DNA of 64,000 bases, from assembly GCF_001194135.2 (NCBI RefSeq), contig NC_068986.1:63903458-63967457 (forward strand). The letters are read 5' to 3'. The position numbers and the translations under genes are program-made. Below the pieces are notes generated by a model that worked only from the letters and a program-made list of their open reading frames with translations, was not told where the DNA came from and made no database searches. This document shows positions 1 to 12,668 of the stretch, one piece after another; position 1 is the stretch's first letter, and each line of letters opens with the position of its first letter. Origin of the DNA: Octopus bimaculoides (taxonomy: Eukaryota).

Positions 1-4
1 TATA

Positions 5-391
5 GGCGTAGGAGTGGCTATGTGGTAAGTAGCTTGCTTACCAACCGCATGGTCCCGGGTTCAGTCCCACTGCGTGGCATCTTAGGCAAGTGTCTTCTAC
101 TATAGCCTTGGGCCGACCAAAGCCTTGTGAGTGGATTTGGTGGATGGAAACTGAAAGAAGCCCGTCGTATACATGTATATATATATATTTGTGTGTCTGT
201 GTTTGTCCCCCCAACATCGCTTGACAACCGATGCTGGTGTGTTTATGTCCCCGTAACTTAGCGGTTCGGCAAAAGAGACCGATATAATAAGTACTAGGCT
301 TCTAAAGAATAAGTCCTGGGGTCGATTTGCTCGACTAAAGGCGATCGATGCTCCAGCATGGCCACAGTCAAAAGACTGAAACAATAAAAGA
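5..391 (+). mobile_element. tRNA-derived SINE, family A (near full length)
   Basis: tRNA-like head (GGAGTGGCTATGTGGTAAG...GGTTCAGTCCC), internal (TA)/(TG) tract and 3' GACTGAAACAATAAAAGAG tail. Closely matches the copies at 19797-20193 (+) and 54754-55119 (-). Confidence 0.9.
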
Positions 392-984
392 GCTGTTAGT
401 AGCTTTTTTTTTTTTTTTTTTACAAAGTACTGTGTAAATTTGAATTTTTAAAAACAATAATAGATTAAATTGTTTTTAACATTACATTTTACAATGTTGT
501 CAAACAACAGATTAATGGCTAATATTCAATAATGACTATTGTTTGTGCTCCATCATTACCATTTTAAAGAGACTTTTACTGACCAAAACTACCTAGCTGT
601 AAATAGCTATCAGAGTGAGAGTAGTAGCTTACCACCATGAAACAATGAGAACACTGTATATGTGATGAATGCTGAAATGGATATAACTTGGAGAATTGCT
701 CTCCTTACCACATTAAGCTTTACCCTCATTGACTGATATATCAGCTAAGAAGTCAGGCAATTAGTTCAATTTATAATATTTGCATGAGTGAGTGAATGTC
801 TGATTAATGATATTTAAGTTCAAATGTTAATGAATGTATACTAATACAATTGAGATTTTTTTTAAATTTAATTTTTTATTCATATTTGTATATCATTCAT
901 TTAAATACTTTATCAACTTAGTTATTTTCTGACTTAAAATATGTTCTATAATGTCTGACTATTTTCTTCAGCCCCAATTTCATC

Positions 985-1270
985 GTGGCATCCATTGTCT
1001 TGCCCACTGTTTTGCCTGGGTAAGGGGACATCCATCCTTTCTACATAGACCATGGATACTGACTGAAGCCTTATCTATATCAATCCCCATCAACTGCGCC
1101 TGCTGGTCCGTGCAGGTATTGTCTAACAATGTAGAGTATATCTATTGTGCAGTCCATGTCATCTGCACCATATTTTCACCAATCTATCTAGCTTTACATT
1201 CTTGGAGACTGCACTTTGCTTTTGCAATCTGTGGAGTGATATTTGAGATCCTTGTCTCTCCTTCACTCTC
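985..1270 (-). mobile_element. Highly decayed non-LTR reverse transcriptase fragment
   Basis: Minus-strand frames give CTIDILYIVRQ followed by LMGIDIDKASVSI. This resembles the RT C-T-D-x-I/L...ID-x-x-KAF-x-S region, with stops and frameshifts. Confidence 0.4.
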
Positions 1271-4200
1271 TCTATGTATGTATATATTCATATATTTGTC
1301 ATATATATATATATATTCATACACACGCACATACACATATTATTATAAATGCAAAGTATTAAGCACATCTATTCCCAATACACTTGCGTCAGTTCAATTT
1401 CAATTTGTTGCCATAGTATCAATTTTGCTATAATTATATATGCAACTTTAGTTTCTTTAATAACAAAATGAATTCGGCTTTTGTGTGTGTGGATTTTATT
1501 TTTAGTCTGCCATTTAGCAGATTAGCACATTGTTTCTTTTGTCCTCAGTTGATGAAATGTCAGGATGTTGTCACTAAAATCCCAATAGAAAACAACAGTT
1601 TTCAACCAAATACTGTTTACATCCCATTTACTTTTATGAAGCTAGATAAAGTATAAAAGCAATTTTAACATCCTCTCATTTAAAATAATTATTACTATTC
1701 AGAACCATCCTTCGTATAATAAAAATTTCTCCACTGATGAGAGTTACATTTTATCTGTGTATTTTCCATCGTGTCTTTACTTTGCTTAGTCTAATGCTTA
1801 TATGTGATAAAGATTGTTGAATAATGTTATTCTTTTAGTTAAACTGGTGTTAGTATGATGTTGAAAGCTTAATTGGAGCATGGACTTATGAATTTCTGAT
1901 GTGTGAGATTTCCATCATTGTTTCATTAATTTGTAATTGACTCTCTCTCTCTCTCACACACACACATTCCTTTTAATTTGCTCACTTATTTTCCAATATC
2001 CAGATCATCATCATTTTTGTCCAGAAAGTTAACTATTTTCCAAATATGAATTATCAAATCAATCTTCTATTTAAAAACCCTGTGTTATGAAAAACATAAA
2101 GAGAACTTTTAAGATTATACAAAACAAATCTTGTTTGTATCAAATGATTTCTAAAATCACATAGTTTAGATTGAAAAATAATCAAAATAGTTAAGAATAA
2201 TTATAAACAGCCAGTGAAACAAACATTATTTTGGATGGATAATAGGTTTTCAATGTTTTTGATTTAATTCTTTGTCGTCTTTAACCAAAGGATTTTCTTG
2301 GGTTCATATTTCATCTTTATTATTTCACCTGGTTCATTGGCAATGAAGTTAAAGAGGTAAAGAAAAAGGGAGATAGTTTGCAAAGGAACTTCTTTCAATT
2401 AAAATACTGAATGTAACAGTCAAATCTTTCTTAAATGCTAATTGTTTATCTCCAAAATAGAGATCATAGAGATATAAAAGAACATTAGTATAGAATGCCA
2501 CATGCGATTCACTCATTGGTGCTAAGACCAAATCCTCTCACTTGAGAAAGGTGTTATCTAGTGGTGAAGTATATGTGGCACCTGGTTTTTTTTTTATCTT
2601 TGTCAGTTGAGGGAAGTAATGTACTTTAACTTAGTTCCTAACTGTAATAGTGATTCAGTTTGAATTATTAATTTTACTGTATTTATTCCAACAACCTTTG
2701 CTTTATAAAACAACCTTTCTTCCTTAGTGGCTGAATAACTGAAAAATAAAATCTATCTTGATAATGACGATGATTGTAGTGGTGGTTATATTTCTCATGC
2801 TTTTCAGTAGTTTTGATTTTAAAAATGTAAATAATAACTGACTTTTAATTATTCTTGAGGAGGATATATTTCATTAATAGCTGTATTTTAGTAAAAGTTC
2901 CTGATGAAATTATTTACTTCTTTGTATACTTTGAGTATTGTTACCATTATCAAGATAACCAATACTTCTGCCTGTTTATACATATCTCATCTCAAATTAT
3001 TCTTATCTCAACTTGATCTTTTATTAAAATTTCTTTTCTCTCAAAATGATAAATGCCTTGATTGTTTTTTCTGGACAATTAAAAATTTATTTTCCTTCGT
3101 TAATTTTACATTAATGCAAAATCTCATTTAGAATTGTTACTTTGGGTATTTTTAATCTAGTATGCAGAATGTAAAAATTAATAATCAAATGCTTTTTGCT
3201 TAAATTGTCTCTAATTTATCTTAGTAAATTGCTTTCAATTTATCTGTTGTTTTTCAAATGGAAAATGAGTGGATTGAAATGGTTTGTAAAGAATTCTTTT
3301 ATACTGTTTTTCTTTTTTGTTTTTTGTTTTTATTTATTTCTGTTTTCTCTATTGTTCTATTCTGGAATATTTTACTTGGTGCCATTTTCATCTGTAGTAA
3401 TTTCTATTGGCCAAGTTAGAAATAGAGAGAAAAAAATGTTATCTGCAGGTGACTTTTGAAATCTGTTGATTCAGCTGAGCCTAGCATGATTTCATTTAAT
3501 GTAAATGGCAGTTAGTGGTTTCTCTTGCAAAAGACCACAAAAGGCATCAAATTTAGATTGGTTCTATTACTGTATTAATTTTTCTCTTTTTAGCAGGATT
3601 TCTCTCACTTTCCCCATTATCACAAATGTTCACATCATGCACAGTTCACATTATGCAGAGTTTTCCTTTGTGCTGATTCCCAGCATTTTGTTGCTTTATG
3701 CACTCCCCTGCATTTTACAATCTGAGATGCCGGAAATACTTTATGTTGTGTTTATGTGTTCATTTGTGTTTCTCAGATTGATTTTTTTCTGTTTTAATAT
3801 TCTATTTACAGAGGGTTACCCCTTGAAACTGTAGAAATATTTCATATTTAAATTACCAACTGGCATTGGGAAAATCACTTTAATTCATTATACTCCAATT
3901 AATATATGTTAATTTTTTTTCCGCCCAACCACCTTCCTTTTCTCCTTCGCCTTATATTGCACTTTGATCCTTCTGAGCTGGAACGAGACAAGTCAGCTTG
4001 TTGGTTGAAGAAACAATTTCAATAATAGTACAAACTCTAAGCCAGTGAGAACTTTACATTTCTATTGATTGATTTATTTATTTGCTCTAAGCTGACTCTC
4101 CTTGATTATTCCTTGTTTGTTGTTTTTTTTTTCTGTTCCCCCTCCCACTATCCTTGAAATTACGTCAGTTAGTATACACTGTTCAATTTTTTATTTAAAA

Positions 4201-5139
4201 ATACAATTTAAAAAAAAGAAATACTTAAAATATTCCATCATTTGAAAGTGTGTACAGGGGTGGGGTATAATATATATACACAAGCTGTGGAAGCAGTCAA
4301 CTCAAAATAATCACCATCAGTAAATATTTTGTTTTTTTTTTCTGCAAGTTGACCAGCACCAAGTAATGTATGTGCGTATTGGCTGAATGTTTAAGAAGTC
4401 TGCTCAGGTTTGTTCCCATTATATAGCATTTTGAGCAAGTGTTTTATAACTGTGGGTTGACCCATGCCTCGAGTAAAAAGTTGGTAGCCAAACAACTGAA
4501 AGCTTATCATAGAAATAAACATAGAACTATATATATGTATATATGGGCTTTACTGTTTCCTAAATCAACTACTAGTATGTTAATCAAATAATTTGATGTT
4601 AAAACTGTTGATAATCAATTGTAAGATTGGACTAGAGTGGTAAGAGCAGATAAAGCTACATCTCTAGTAGATTAATTATTTATCACAGACATTGTAGCCA
4701 TAGAAACTAACATGTATGCTCAAATATATTACAACCCTTTTTTGTGTTTATATGTTGGTTTCCACTTTTACCTATACATAAGTCACATGTTATTTTTTGT
4801 TAAAGCTGTTTGCAACTTAGAGTTGTGTTTAAAATAAAACAAAAAGAAATGCTTCCAATTACTGACATACAGTTAAGAAAAGCCTCAGAGCCTTAGATAT
4901 AGCAATGTATCTAGTATTTATGCCAAGAATGAGCAGCTTAACTAGTGCTTTTGAATCATCACTTTTCATTGGCTGACTATATGTGCATCTAATGGATTGC
5001 AGCCTTTAATGAGTATTAGGATATAAAAATCAGTTCATATGTTATGCACATGTGACATCTATGTATATTTGTTTACAATTCCAATAACCATTTGGCCTGA
5101 ACAGGAATGCGACCAACCCACTCTACAAATTTCAAGCTT

Positions 5140-5450
5140 AAAGCTTTAACATCCATTTTCCATGCTGGCATGGGTTGTATGGTTTGTTATGGAGCTGGCC
5201 AAACTCCAAATGTCTGTTGTGACATGGTTTCTACAGCTGGATGCCTTTCCTAATACCAACCACTTAACAGAGTTGGCTGGGTGCCTTTTACATGCCACCA
5301 GCATGGGTGCATTTACGCATCACCAGCATAGATTATGTGACACTGGCATTTGAAAGGAAGACAGCAATTTTACTTAGCTTGACACGTCTTTTCAAGTACA
5401 GTAAATTGTCACAATTCCCAGTTCCTTGTTTCCTCAGTGAGGCCAGAAAT
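5140..5450 (-). mobile_element. RTE-type LINE/SINE 3' tail, decayed
   Basis: TTTAACATCCATTTTCCATGCTGGCATGGGTTG...TTTCTACAGCTGGATGCCTTTCCTAA is the reverse complement of the tail at 52608-52745. Confidence 0.7.
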
Positions 5451-6011
5451 CAGTAATAACAATGACAAACTGAGACTACATCAACCATGGAATTGACAAA
5501 GATGCAGCCATATTGTGGAGAATATGCACTATCTGGTACTTCAACATGTCAACCTGCTCACAAAGATTTTGCTCTATAATAACATAGTTCTACCAACAGT
5601 TCTCTATGCCAGTGAGAGATGAAAGAGCACTGTGAAAATTGATAGAAAGCTAAATGTGTTTCACCAAAGATGCTTGAAAGATTCTGAGAACATACTGGCA
5701 AGACCACATAACCAATGAAAATGCAAAATCATAACAATGTAGATTAAAACTAGCTGGTTACCTAGTCAGACTACTTGTACTTCTAAAACAGTTTTCAAAT
5801 GGACATCACTAGAGTGGAATGCTGAAAATTATATGCTGCAGAGCATTCATAACTGACATGGGAGAGGACAATATCACATGGTTGGATGAAGAGAAAACTA
5901 CAGTCAGCAGAAACCAGTGGTGTCAACATGCTGCCCAATGTGCAAGTACAATAATAAACCAAAAAAGAAAAGAAGAGAGCTTCTAACAATGCAAAGAGAG
6001 AAGTTGGATGA

Positions 6012-6051
6012 CCTTTATATATTTCAGGCAAAAATGCCCATCATCAGAAGA
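6012..6051 (-). ncRNA. Minimal type-I hammerhead ribozyme motif (probably Penelope-associated, partly decayed)
   Basis: Minus strand reads UCUU-CUGAUGA-U-GGGC-AUUUUU-GCCU-GAAA-UAUA-UA-AAGG. It has both conserved cores, a 4-bp stem II, a palindromic minimal stem III, an AUA cleavage triplet and a 4-bp stem I (UCUU/AAGG). Confidence 0.65.
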
Positions 6052-6109
6052 ACAGTTAGAAAATGTAAGCATATATAGGCCATGACTCCAACTCTTTCTG
6101 AGTGTGATA

Positions 6110-6440
6110 GCAGCAGTTCCTTAAAAATGGTGTTATTGGTGGCTATAGAGGTCATAGTGGGAACAGTGGTGGATGGTTAGATGTAGGTTGACAGCCGCAG
6201 CAGTGAAGATGACCAATGACTTTCAACATTGGTGTTGTTGGCAATGGTGGTACATGTTCTGGTAGTAGTTGGTGATAAGGTGGTAGCAAACAACAGCAAC
6301 AATCAATGTTATGGCAAGCAACAGCAGCAAACATTGACATAGTAGAAATGGTTTTAGTTGTGGCAACACAAACACGTTGCTGACAGGCAATAGTACTAAT
6401 CATCATTGTAGTGGTGATAATGTTGGCTGTGGCAGCAGCA
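6110..6440. repeat. Degenerate (GTG/GCA/GTA)n low-complexity tract
   Basis: Runs of GGT, GCA, GTA and CAA triplets lying between the Penelope ORF and the hammerhead motif. Confidence 0.7.
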
Positions 6441-6449
6441 AAGCTGGGG

Positions 6450-7295
6450 AGGATTTGTAATTTATAGGAGCTCCTGGCCTAACTCTGATAAATTCTTGAC
6501 CTGCAGGTTAAGCCATTAGATCAACAATGGTTCCTTGATATGGAGATTTCCTGTATTTCTCTCTGTGGCCAGTATGGAAGCGTTGGTGTTACCACACTTA
6601 AGTATGTTCCTGCAGAAGAAAGATACATTTGTAGTCGGGTGTTCTTTCAGTTGGACATGGAATAGTTGAATTGTAGTACTGATGTAGTAGTCACTGCATT
6701 TTGAACACCATACTTGGTAAACCACATATGTCCATGGATACTTGCCCATGTTACAGATAGGACATTTGACTAGTGTGTGCAGATGTTGTTATGTGTGAGA
6801 TATCTTTGTTGACAGGCATCTATGCAGAGACAATCCTGAGTGGGCGAGTAAGATGTCGAGACTTTTCCTGTGGATGACTTTACAATAGTACTGGCGACCC
6901 CTCATTAAAATGAAAAATCCTCAGAAAGCAGGTACTTGAGTGATTCCTCTTGTCACATTTACTTGACTTATTTCCATGCAGTGTTGGCATTGGATGCTGG
7001 GTACCCATTGATTCCGAGGACCTTGAGGAACTGGGTGACTCGAGTGACCTAACTGGTACTGTCACTGCATCTGTTACAGATATGGATGATTTTGTTCTGT
7101 ATGTAGCTGGTCTTAGCACTAATGGGGAGGACCAACTTGTAAGTGATGAGATCTGGACTGGTAGCTTTTCAGTCGAACACTGTGTCTGTTGCTCCCCCCC
7201 CCCTCCATCTATATTGCTTAGTTGAAAATTGAGTAGTGATAAGGCTGCATTGTTGTCAGGGTGTTGGATAGTGAATTCAATGTATTGGTCCAAAT
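6450..7295 (-). mobile_element. Penelope-like element remnant (RT C-terminus plus GIY-YIG endonuclease)
   Basis: Frames give IEFTIQHPDNNAALSLLNF (F-T-x-E...LPFLD-like), then VLGINGYP, then VVYQVWCSKCSDYYISTT...QLKEH, the GIY-YIG motif with CxxC. Frameshifted. Confidence 0.85.
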
Positions 7296-7575
7296 TATTA
7301 AAGCGCCAGTATTTTGTGTATGTATATATCGTCGCTATTATGAAAAAGTGTCATAAGTCCAAAACGTTGCTTTTTCAGAAAACAAAAAATAGTTTCACCA
7401 TTCCATAGGAAAACCTTTGTACTAAACTTTGACAATTTTTGATATCTTGGCATCTGAAGCAGCTGGAGATACGATAGTTCAACCAAAAGAACTGGCTAAT
7501 GCAAGCGAAAATAAATATTGAAAAAAATGCATTTGGTCTAATTTGGACATACAACACTTCAACATAATACCAACA

Positions 7576-7612
<37 letters not shown>

Positions 7613-8494
7613 CCCATACCATGCTTGCATATACATACATAGGCTATTCACCCTCTCTAATGTATTTGCATGTGTATATACATATTTTATATATGTATTA
7701 TAGTCATTTAATGTCCATTTTTATATGCTGACATGGATTGTGTAATCCATGTCAGTTGTCCTTTGGAATAACTAGCCTATGAAACAGATTAGGGACCATG
7801 TCATGCTTATATATCCCATTTTGGGTATGGTTTCTATGCCTTGATGTCATCCTTAATACTACTCGCTTAAGAGTTTATTTGCTTATACTACCAGCACTTT
7901 GTTGGGTGGGGTGCCCTATGTTGTCTCTGTTCTTTCATTTATTACATCATATACACATATGTAAACACACACACATTACATATACGTGTCATGGCCATTT
8001 TACATTCATTCCATGCTCTGGCATGGGTTAGATGGGTTGTCATGTTCCAAGCCATTTGCCATTAGGAGATAGAACTAATGACTGGGCATTCATACCTGTC
8101 ATTTAATATGCACATTTCAAGTGGTTACATAGTGACTGGTTTCATAGTTATCTACTTTCTTCCATTTGTTTCTAGTGAAATACATTGATAGTTCCACACT
8201 TGTTTCTTTATATACGCAAGGAAAACTACAGAAAAAAATCATAGACAAAAAAATAGAGAGGGGATAAGCTACACACACACACACACACGTGTGTGTGAGT
8301 GTGACTGTATGCATACATATATTATTGATTTTAATTGTGTGATATTAATTCTGATCTTATAAGAACAGGGATCTTACTGCCAATGAAATATGTCAAATGT
8401 TACATTATTTACTGTTGGAATGTCAGGATTTGGGTTTTAAATTGGCAACATAAGTCAGAATGATGTTTAATATTAATGACTTTCTTAAGGCATT

Positions 8495-8700
8495 GAGCTG
8501 ACAGAAACTTTAGCATGCCAGGCTAAATGCTTAGCAGCAATTCATCTGTCTTCACATTCTGAGTTCAAATCCCTCCAAGGTCAACTTTGCCTTTCATCCT
8601 TTCAGGGTCGATAAAATAAGTACCAGTTGAATATTGGGGTCAATGTAATTGACTTCACTGAAATTGCTAGCCTTGTTCCAAAATTTGAAATCAATATGAA
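8495..8700 (+). mobile_element. tRNA-derived SINE, family B
   Basis: GCTGACAGAAACTTTAGCATGCCAGG...TGAGTTCAAATCC (B-box)...CAACTTTGCCTTTCATCCTTTCAGGGTCGATAAAATAAGTACCAG. Homologous to 40850-41065. Confidence 0.8.
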
Positions 8701-8750
8701 TCCCTTGTCATAACCAATGTCAGCCCTAACTGAGCAAAGTCTTGGATTAA

Positions 8751-8917
8751 TCCTTTAACATTTAAACTGGCCATATCCAGCCCAAATACCCTACCTGTTT
8801 TATGTTCAAACAATCATATCATTGAAATCTCAAAGCTACAAGGTAATGCATGATTAGTTCAAAGCAATGTGAATGGATAAGTATTACATTTGATAGAGTA
8901 ATCAGAATGCTGAAGGG
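8751..8917 (+). mobile_element. piggyBac-type MITE (TTAA-flanked), internally deleted
   Basis: TTAA|TCCTTTAACATT ... AATGCTGAAGGG|TTAT. Homologous, in inverted orientation, to the longer copy at 59451-59668. Confidence 0.65.
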
Positions 8918-9944
8918 TTATAGGTGTTCCAACTGTGGCCATCCCCTCATGTTTCTTTTTATTTCGGGCATATTGCCTTGGACCACATTAACCAATTTTA
9001 GAAAGTAACACAATTTTAATTACTTAAAAGGTTGAGAGACCTCATCAAAGGAGCACTTATGAAAATAAAAAGTAAAAGACCAACAAGCAAAAGAATAACA
9101 TATTCTAAACATTTGAATGTTTGTCATATGTATGTATTTTCCCTTTTCATGCTGTGCAAGTTTATCTTAGAATTTTTCTTTTTTTCTTCAATCAATAACA
9201 CTGAAAAAAAAATATCAACCCAATTTAGAATATATCACATGAATATTGTTCCAATGATTGATTATGGAACTCAGCAGCTGCAAGATGCATCTTTCGTGTT
9301 CTAAATACTTAGCAAAGTTTAGTTAAAAAGAATATAGAATATATTATTTTGTATCAACCTTGGGTCATCTGTTTGATTTATGGGGAGTATCGTACTTAAA
9401 AAGAAAAATCCCTCGTATTTTAATTAAATCTGTCTTATTTCATCTTACACAAAACAAGATTGTGTGTGTGTGGGTGTGTGAGAGAGAGAGAGAGAGAGAG
9501 AGGTTAACTGGGTTGCTAACATAGACATTTCTTCAGTAAAGTTGCATTTATTATACTCTCTCCTTCATCGTGATTCCTCTCATTTTATCAACTTACTTTG
9601 AAAATATATTTTACTATTCATGTGACTGCCTCCAGATAGATATAGGCAGCTGAGTCTATTGTTAGAAGAAAAATCACACTAGAATGGCTAAATTTATTAA
9701 GTAAAAAAGAAATATTTTTTCTGTACGAAAATTTTAATATAGGTTCAAATCTTAGCAACATACCATGCTATATATTTAATTAAATTCTTTTACTTATACA
9801 GTTGATTGCACAAGGACTTTTATATCTATTTGAAAATTTATTTCTTTTATCATGAATCTTTATTAGGAATGATTTCCTTTGATCATTCTTTCTTTGTTTT
9901 TTTTTTTGTTTGTTTTTTTAGATTTTGTTTAATTCCTCTTCTTC

Positions 9945-9982
<38 letters not shown>

Positions 9983-10009
9983 TTCTGCTACTGATTATAT
10001 GCTGGACTA

Positions 10010-10850
10010 AGCTGCTTTGTTCTGATTTCAAATCTTGCCAAGTCTGACTTGACCTTTTATCTCTCATAGGGTTAATTGACTTTATTCTGCTCACCTACAA
10101 ATTTGTTCCAGTGTCAGAATTTATTGGCAAGCTGACTAAAACTGGTTACAGTGTTGGGGGGAAATGCCTTGCAGAATTTGTTCCTGTTTATTACATTCTG
10201 AATTCAAATCCTGCTATAGTCAATGGTATCAGAAAACTTCTAGGATCAATGTAATTCATTAACCATCTCCCTCTAAAATTACTAGCCTTATGCTTAAATT
10301 AAATATTGACAGTCATTACAGCATCAAACAAAATGCCTTGCCATATTTATTTCAGTTCTTTATTTTGTGAGTTCAAATCCTACTGAGGTCAACTTTGCTT
10401 TCATTCCTTCAAAGTCAATAAAATAAATTACCATCAAATACTGGGATTAATGTAATTAACTAATCCCCACCTTTCAAAATTACTGGCCTTTTGTGTAAAT
10501 TAGAAATTATCATCATTATTATTGGCAGAATCATTTGCATGCCAGGCAAAATCCTTGCGACATTTCATCCTGAGTTCAAACTTCATCAAGGCCAACTACC
10601 TTTCATCCTTTCAGGGTCAATAAGATAAGTATTAGTTGAGTACTAAGGTTGGCCTTGTACCTATAGTAGAAAAGATTATTATTATTTCTTCCAGCTTTCT
10701 ATGTTCTCAGTTTCAGTTCTTGTGTGATCGACTTTGTTTTTCCTTCCTCCAGGGTTGGATAAATAAATTAGCAATCAAGTACTGAAGTCAATTTAATCGA
10801 TTAGTTTCTTGCTCCAGAATTTCAAGTGTTGTGCCTATGTTACAAACAAC
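10010..10850 (+). mobile_element. Head-to-tail cluster of about five decayed family-B SINEs
   Basis: A recurring TTC(T)GAGTTCAAAT / CAACTTTGC..TTCATCCTT..GGGTCAATAA module in units starting near 10015, 10130, 10315, 10525 and 10690, some separated by (ATT)n. Confidence 0.7.
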
Positions 10851-11018
10851 TTATATTTTACAATGAAAATTTTGACAATGACTTAGAAGTTTCTCTAGTG
10901 CACACCTAATGAAGATAAATGTCAACATAAATTTGTCAAACTTTTGCAAAAATATGTATGAATTTATGTATTACTGTACAGAAGTCTTTTGTACATGTAC
11001 TGTGTGTGTGTGTGTGTA

Positions 11019-11446
11019 TAGGCAATTATGCAGATAAACAAATTAGATACATCAAATATATTGAGTGTATTAATTTGTGTTTGAAATACAAAATATGTAT
11101 ACATGCAAAATGAGAGAAAGCAGAAGGTAGAGGCCTCCAGATGATGACTTTTTTAGTTTAGATTTATATTTATATCACTATGTCCAACTTACATAGAGTG
11201 CAAATGACAGAGAAAATTCCACTCCTTTAATTTTCTGTCATTTGTACTCTGTGTAATTTGGACCTGTTAATATAAATATCTATATATTTATACTAAAAAA
11301 TTCATCTGAAAGTCTCCACCTTTTACTTTCTCTTGTTTTACATGTATACATATATACATATTTTGTATTACATACGCAAACTAATGTATTTAATATACTT
11401 AATATATTTGACATATCTAATTTGTTTATCCACATAATTGCCTCTA
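11019..11446. mobile_element. Fold-back (palindromic) MITE, about 430 bp, TA-flanked
   Basis: The left arm (11019-11218) is an imperfect reverse complement of the right arm (11229-11446) over its whole length. For example GGCAATTATGCAGATAAACAAATTAGA pairs with TCTAATTTGTTTATCCACATAATTGCC, and CAAATGACAGAGAAAATT pairs with AATTTTCTGTCATTTG. Loop about 10 nt. Confidence 0.8.
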
Positions 11447-11589
11447 TACCTGCTCAACTTGATCCATCCTATAGCCTTTTTTACTTTGTAGATGATCCCC
11501 TGTAAAGACAGACATTGGAGTTTTGGTTTGAATCTTTTAAGTACTACTACATGTCTTCTATACGGAGAATCTCTGGATCTCCTCTGAAC

Positions 11590-11635
<46 letters not shown>

Positions 11636-11651
11636 TGTATAAAATGAAGTA

Positions 11652-12418
11652 ACAGGATGTCAGGTATTAATGCAATACGACTATTTCAAGTGGCTCCATT
11701 TAATTGAATATGTAGTATAAAAATAAAAGTAAAATTTTTTTTAAAAAGTGTAATATACAGTTTTTGCTATACCTTGATTATAAACTTTTTCCTTCTGTGC
11801 CCTTAATGTTTTTCTAGATCTCATTATAGCGTCCTAAATTACATAGTGTAGGTCCCTTTAACTGAAAATAATGAATAGAGTTTATGTCACCCTTACCCTA
11901 CCTCTTTTTATGAGCATTTACTACTATCTAATTGACTCCTAAAGTCTTTCTTTATGTGGCAAGGGGTATGTATGGCCATAATGAAATTAAGAGTTGGGAG
12001 AACTTCTAATAATATTTATTTATGACCAGCAGCCAGTTCTGAACTATTAACTCATAATGCTCTTAATTCTCAATAAATGCAGTCTACTAGCCTTAGATGT
12101 TTTGATGGTGATCAGAAGGTAGATAAAAAATTAGAAATGAATTACAATCCCATGACGCCCCACTGTGATCCATTCCTGTCACTCCAAAAGTGTAGTTGTC
12201 TTTCTCTTAGCTTATTTTTGCTGCAACATGAAATTCTTTCATCCTCTAGCTCTGATAAAATATTTGAGGAAAATTATATTAATATATCTTGTCTGTTGAA
12301 AATCCATATTTTTTGCAACTGAAGATGGTACTGTATTTAAATTGATGTAATGCTTGCATTGTTCAATTAAATGGAGCCACTTGAAACAGTCGTATTGCAT
12401 TAATACCTGGCACCTTGC
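11652..12418. mobile_element. Non-autonomous DNA transposon with long TIRs (Tc1/mariner-like)
   Basis: 48-bp inverted repeat 11661-11708 vs 12362-12409 with one mismatch. A solo homologous end lies at about 52835-52925. Confidence 0.65.
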
Positions 12419-12525
12419 TATTTATTTGATTTTATTCTCCTTACTTTGAGCTGTGCAGATAATACCGGACTGACTTGGTGCCTCAACTTAGGTACCTAAT
12501 TCAACTGAATCTTAATTATTTCTTT

Positions 12526-12562
<37 letters not shown>

Positions 12563-12574
12563 GTATCACATATT

Positions 12575-12668
12575 CTGTAGAAGATTCCCAATGTGCCACA
12601 TGGTAAGACTGAACCCAGAACAATGTGGTTGTGAAAAGAACTTCTGGACTACACAGCTGTGTTTGTAC
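12575..12668 (-). mobile_element. SINE family A head fragment
   Basis: GTAGAAGATTCCCAATGTGCCACATGGTAAGACTGAACCCAGAACAATGTGG is the reverse complement of the tRNA-like head. Confidence 0.55.

Noticed and set aside
9-85. tRNA gene-like A/B boxes here and at 19797 and 55050
   Set aside because: These are SINE heads continuing into SINE bodies, with no complete cloverleaf.
951-1433. 160-aa + strand ORF as a host exon
   Set aside because: No convincing splice sites, it runs into (TA)/(CA) repeats, and the opposite strand shows RT-like traces.
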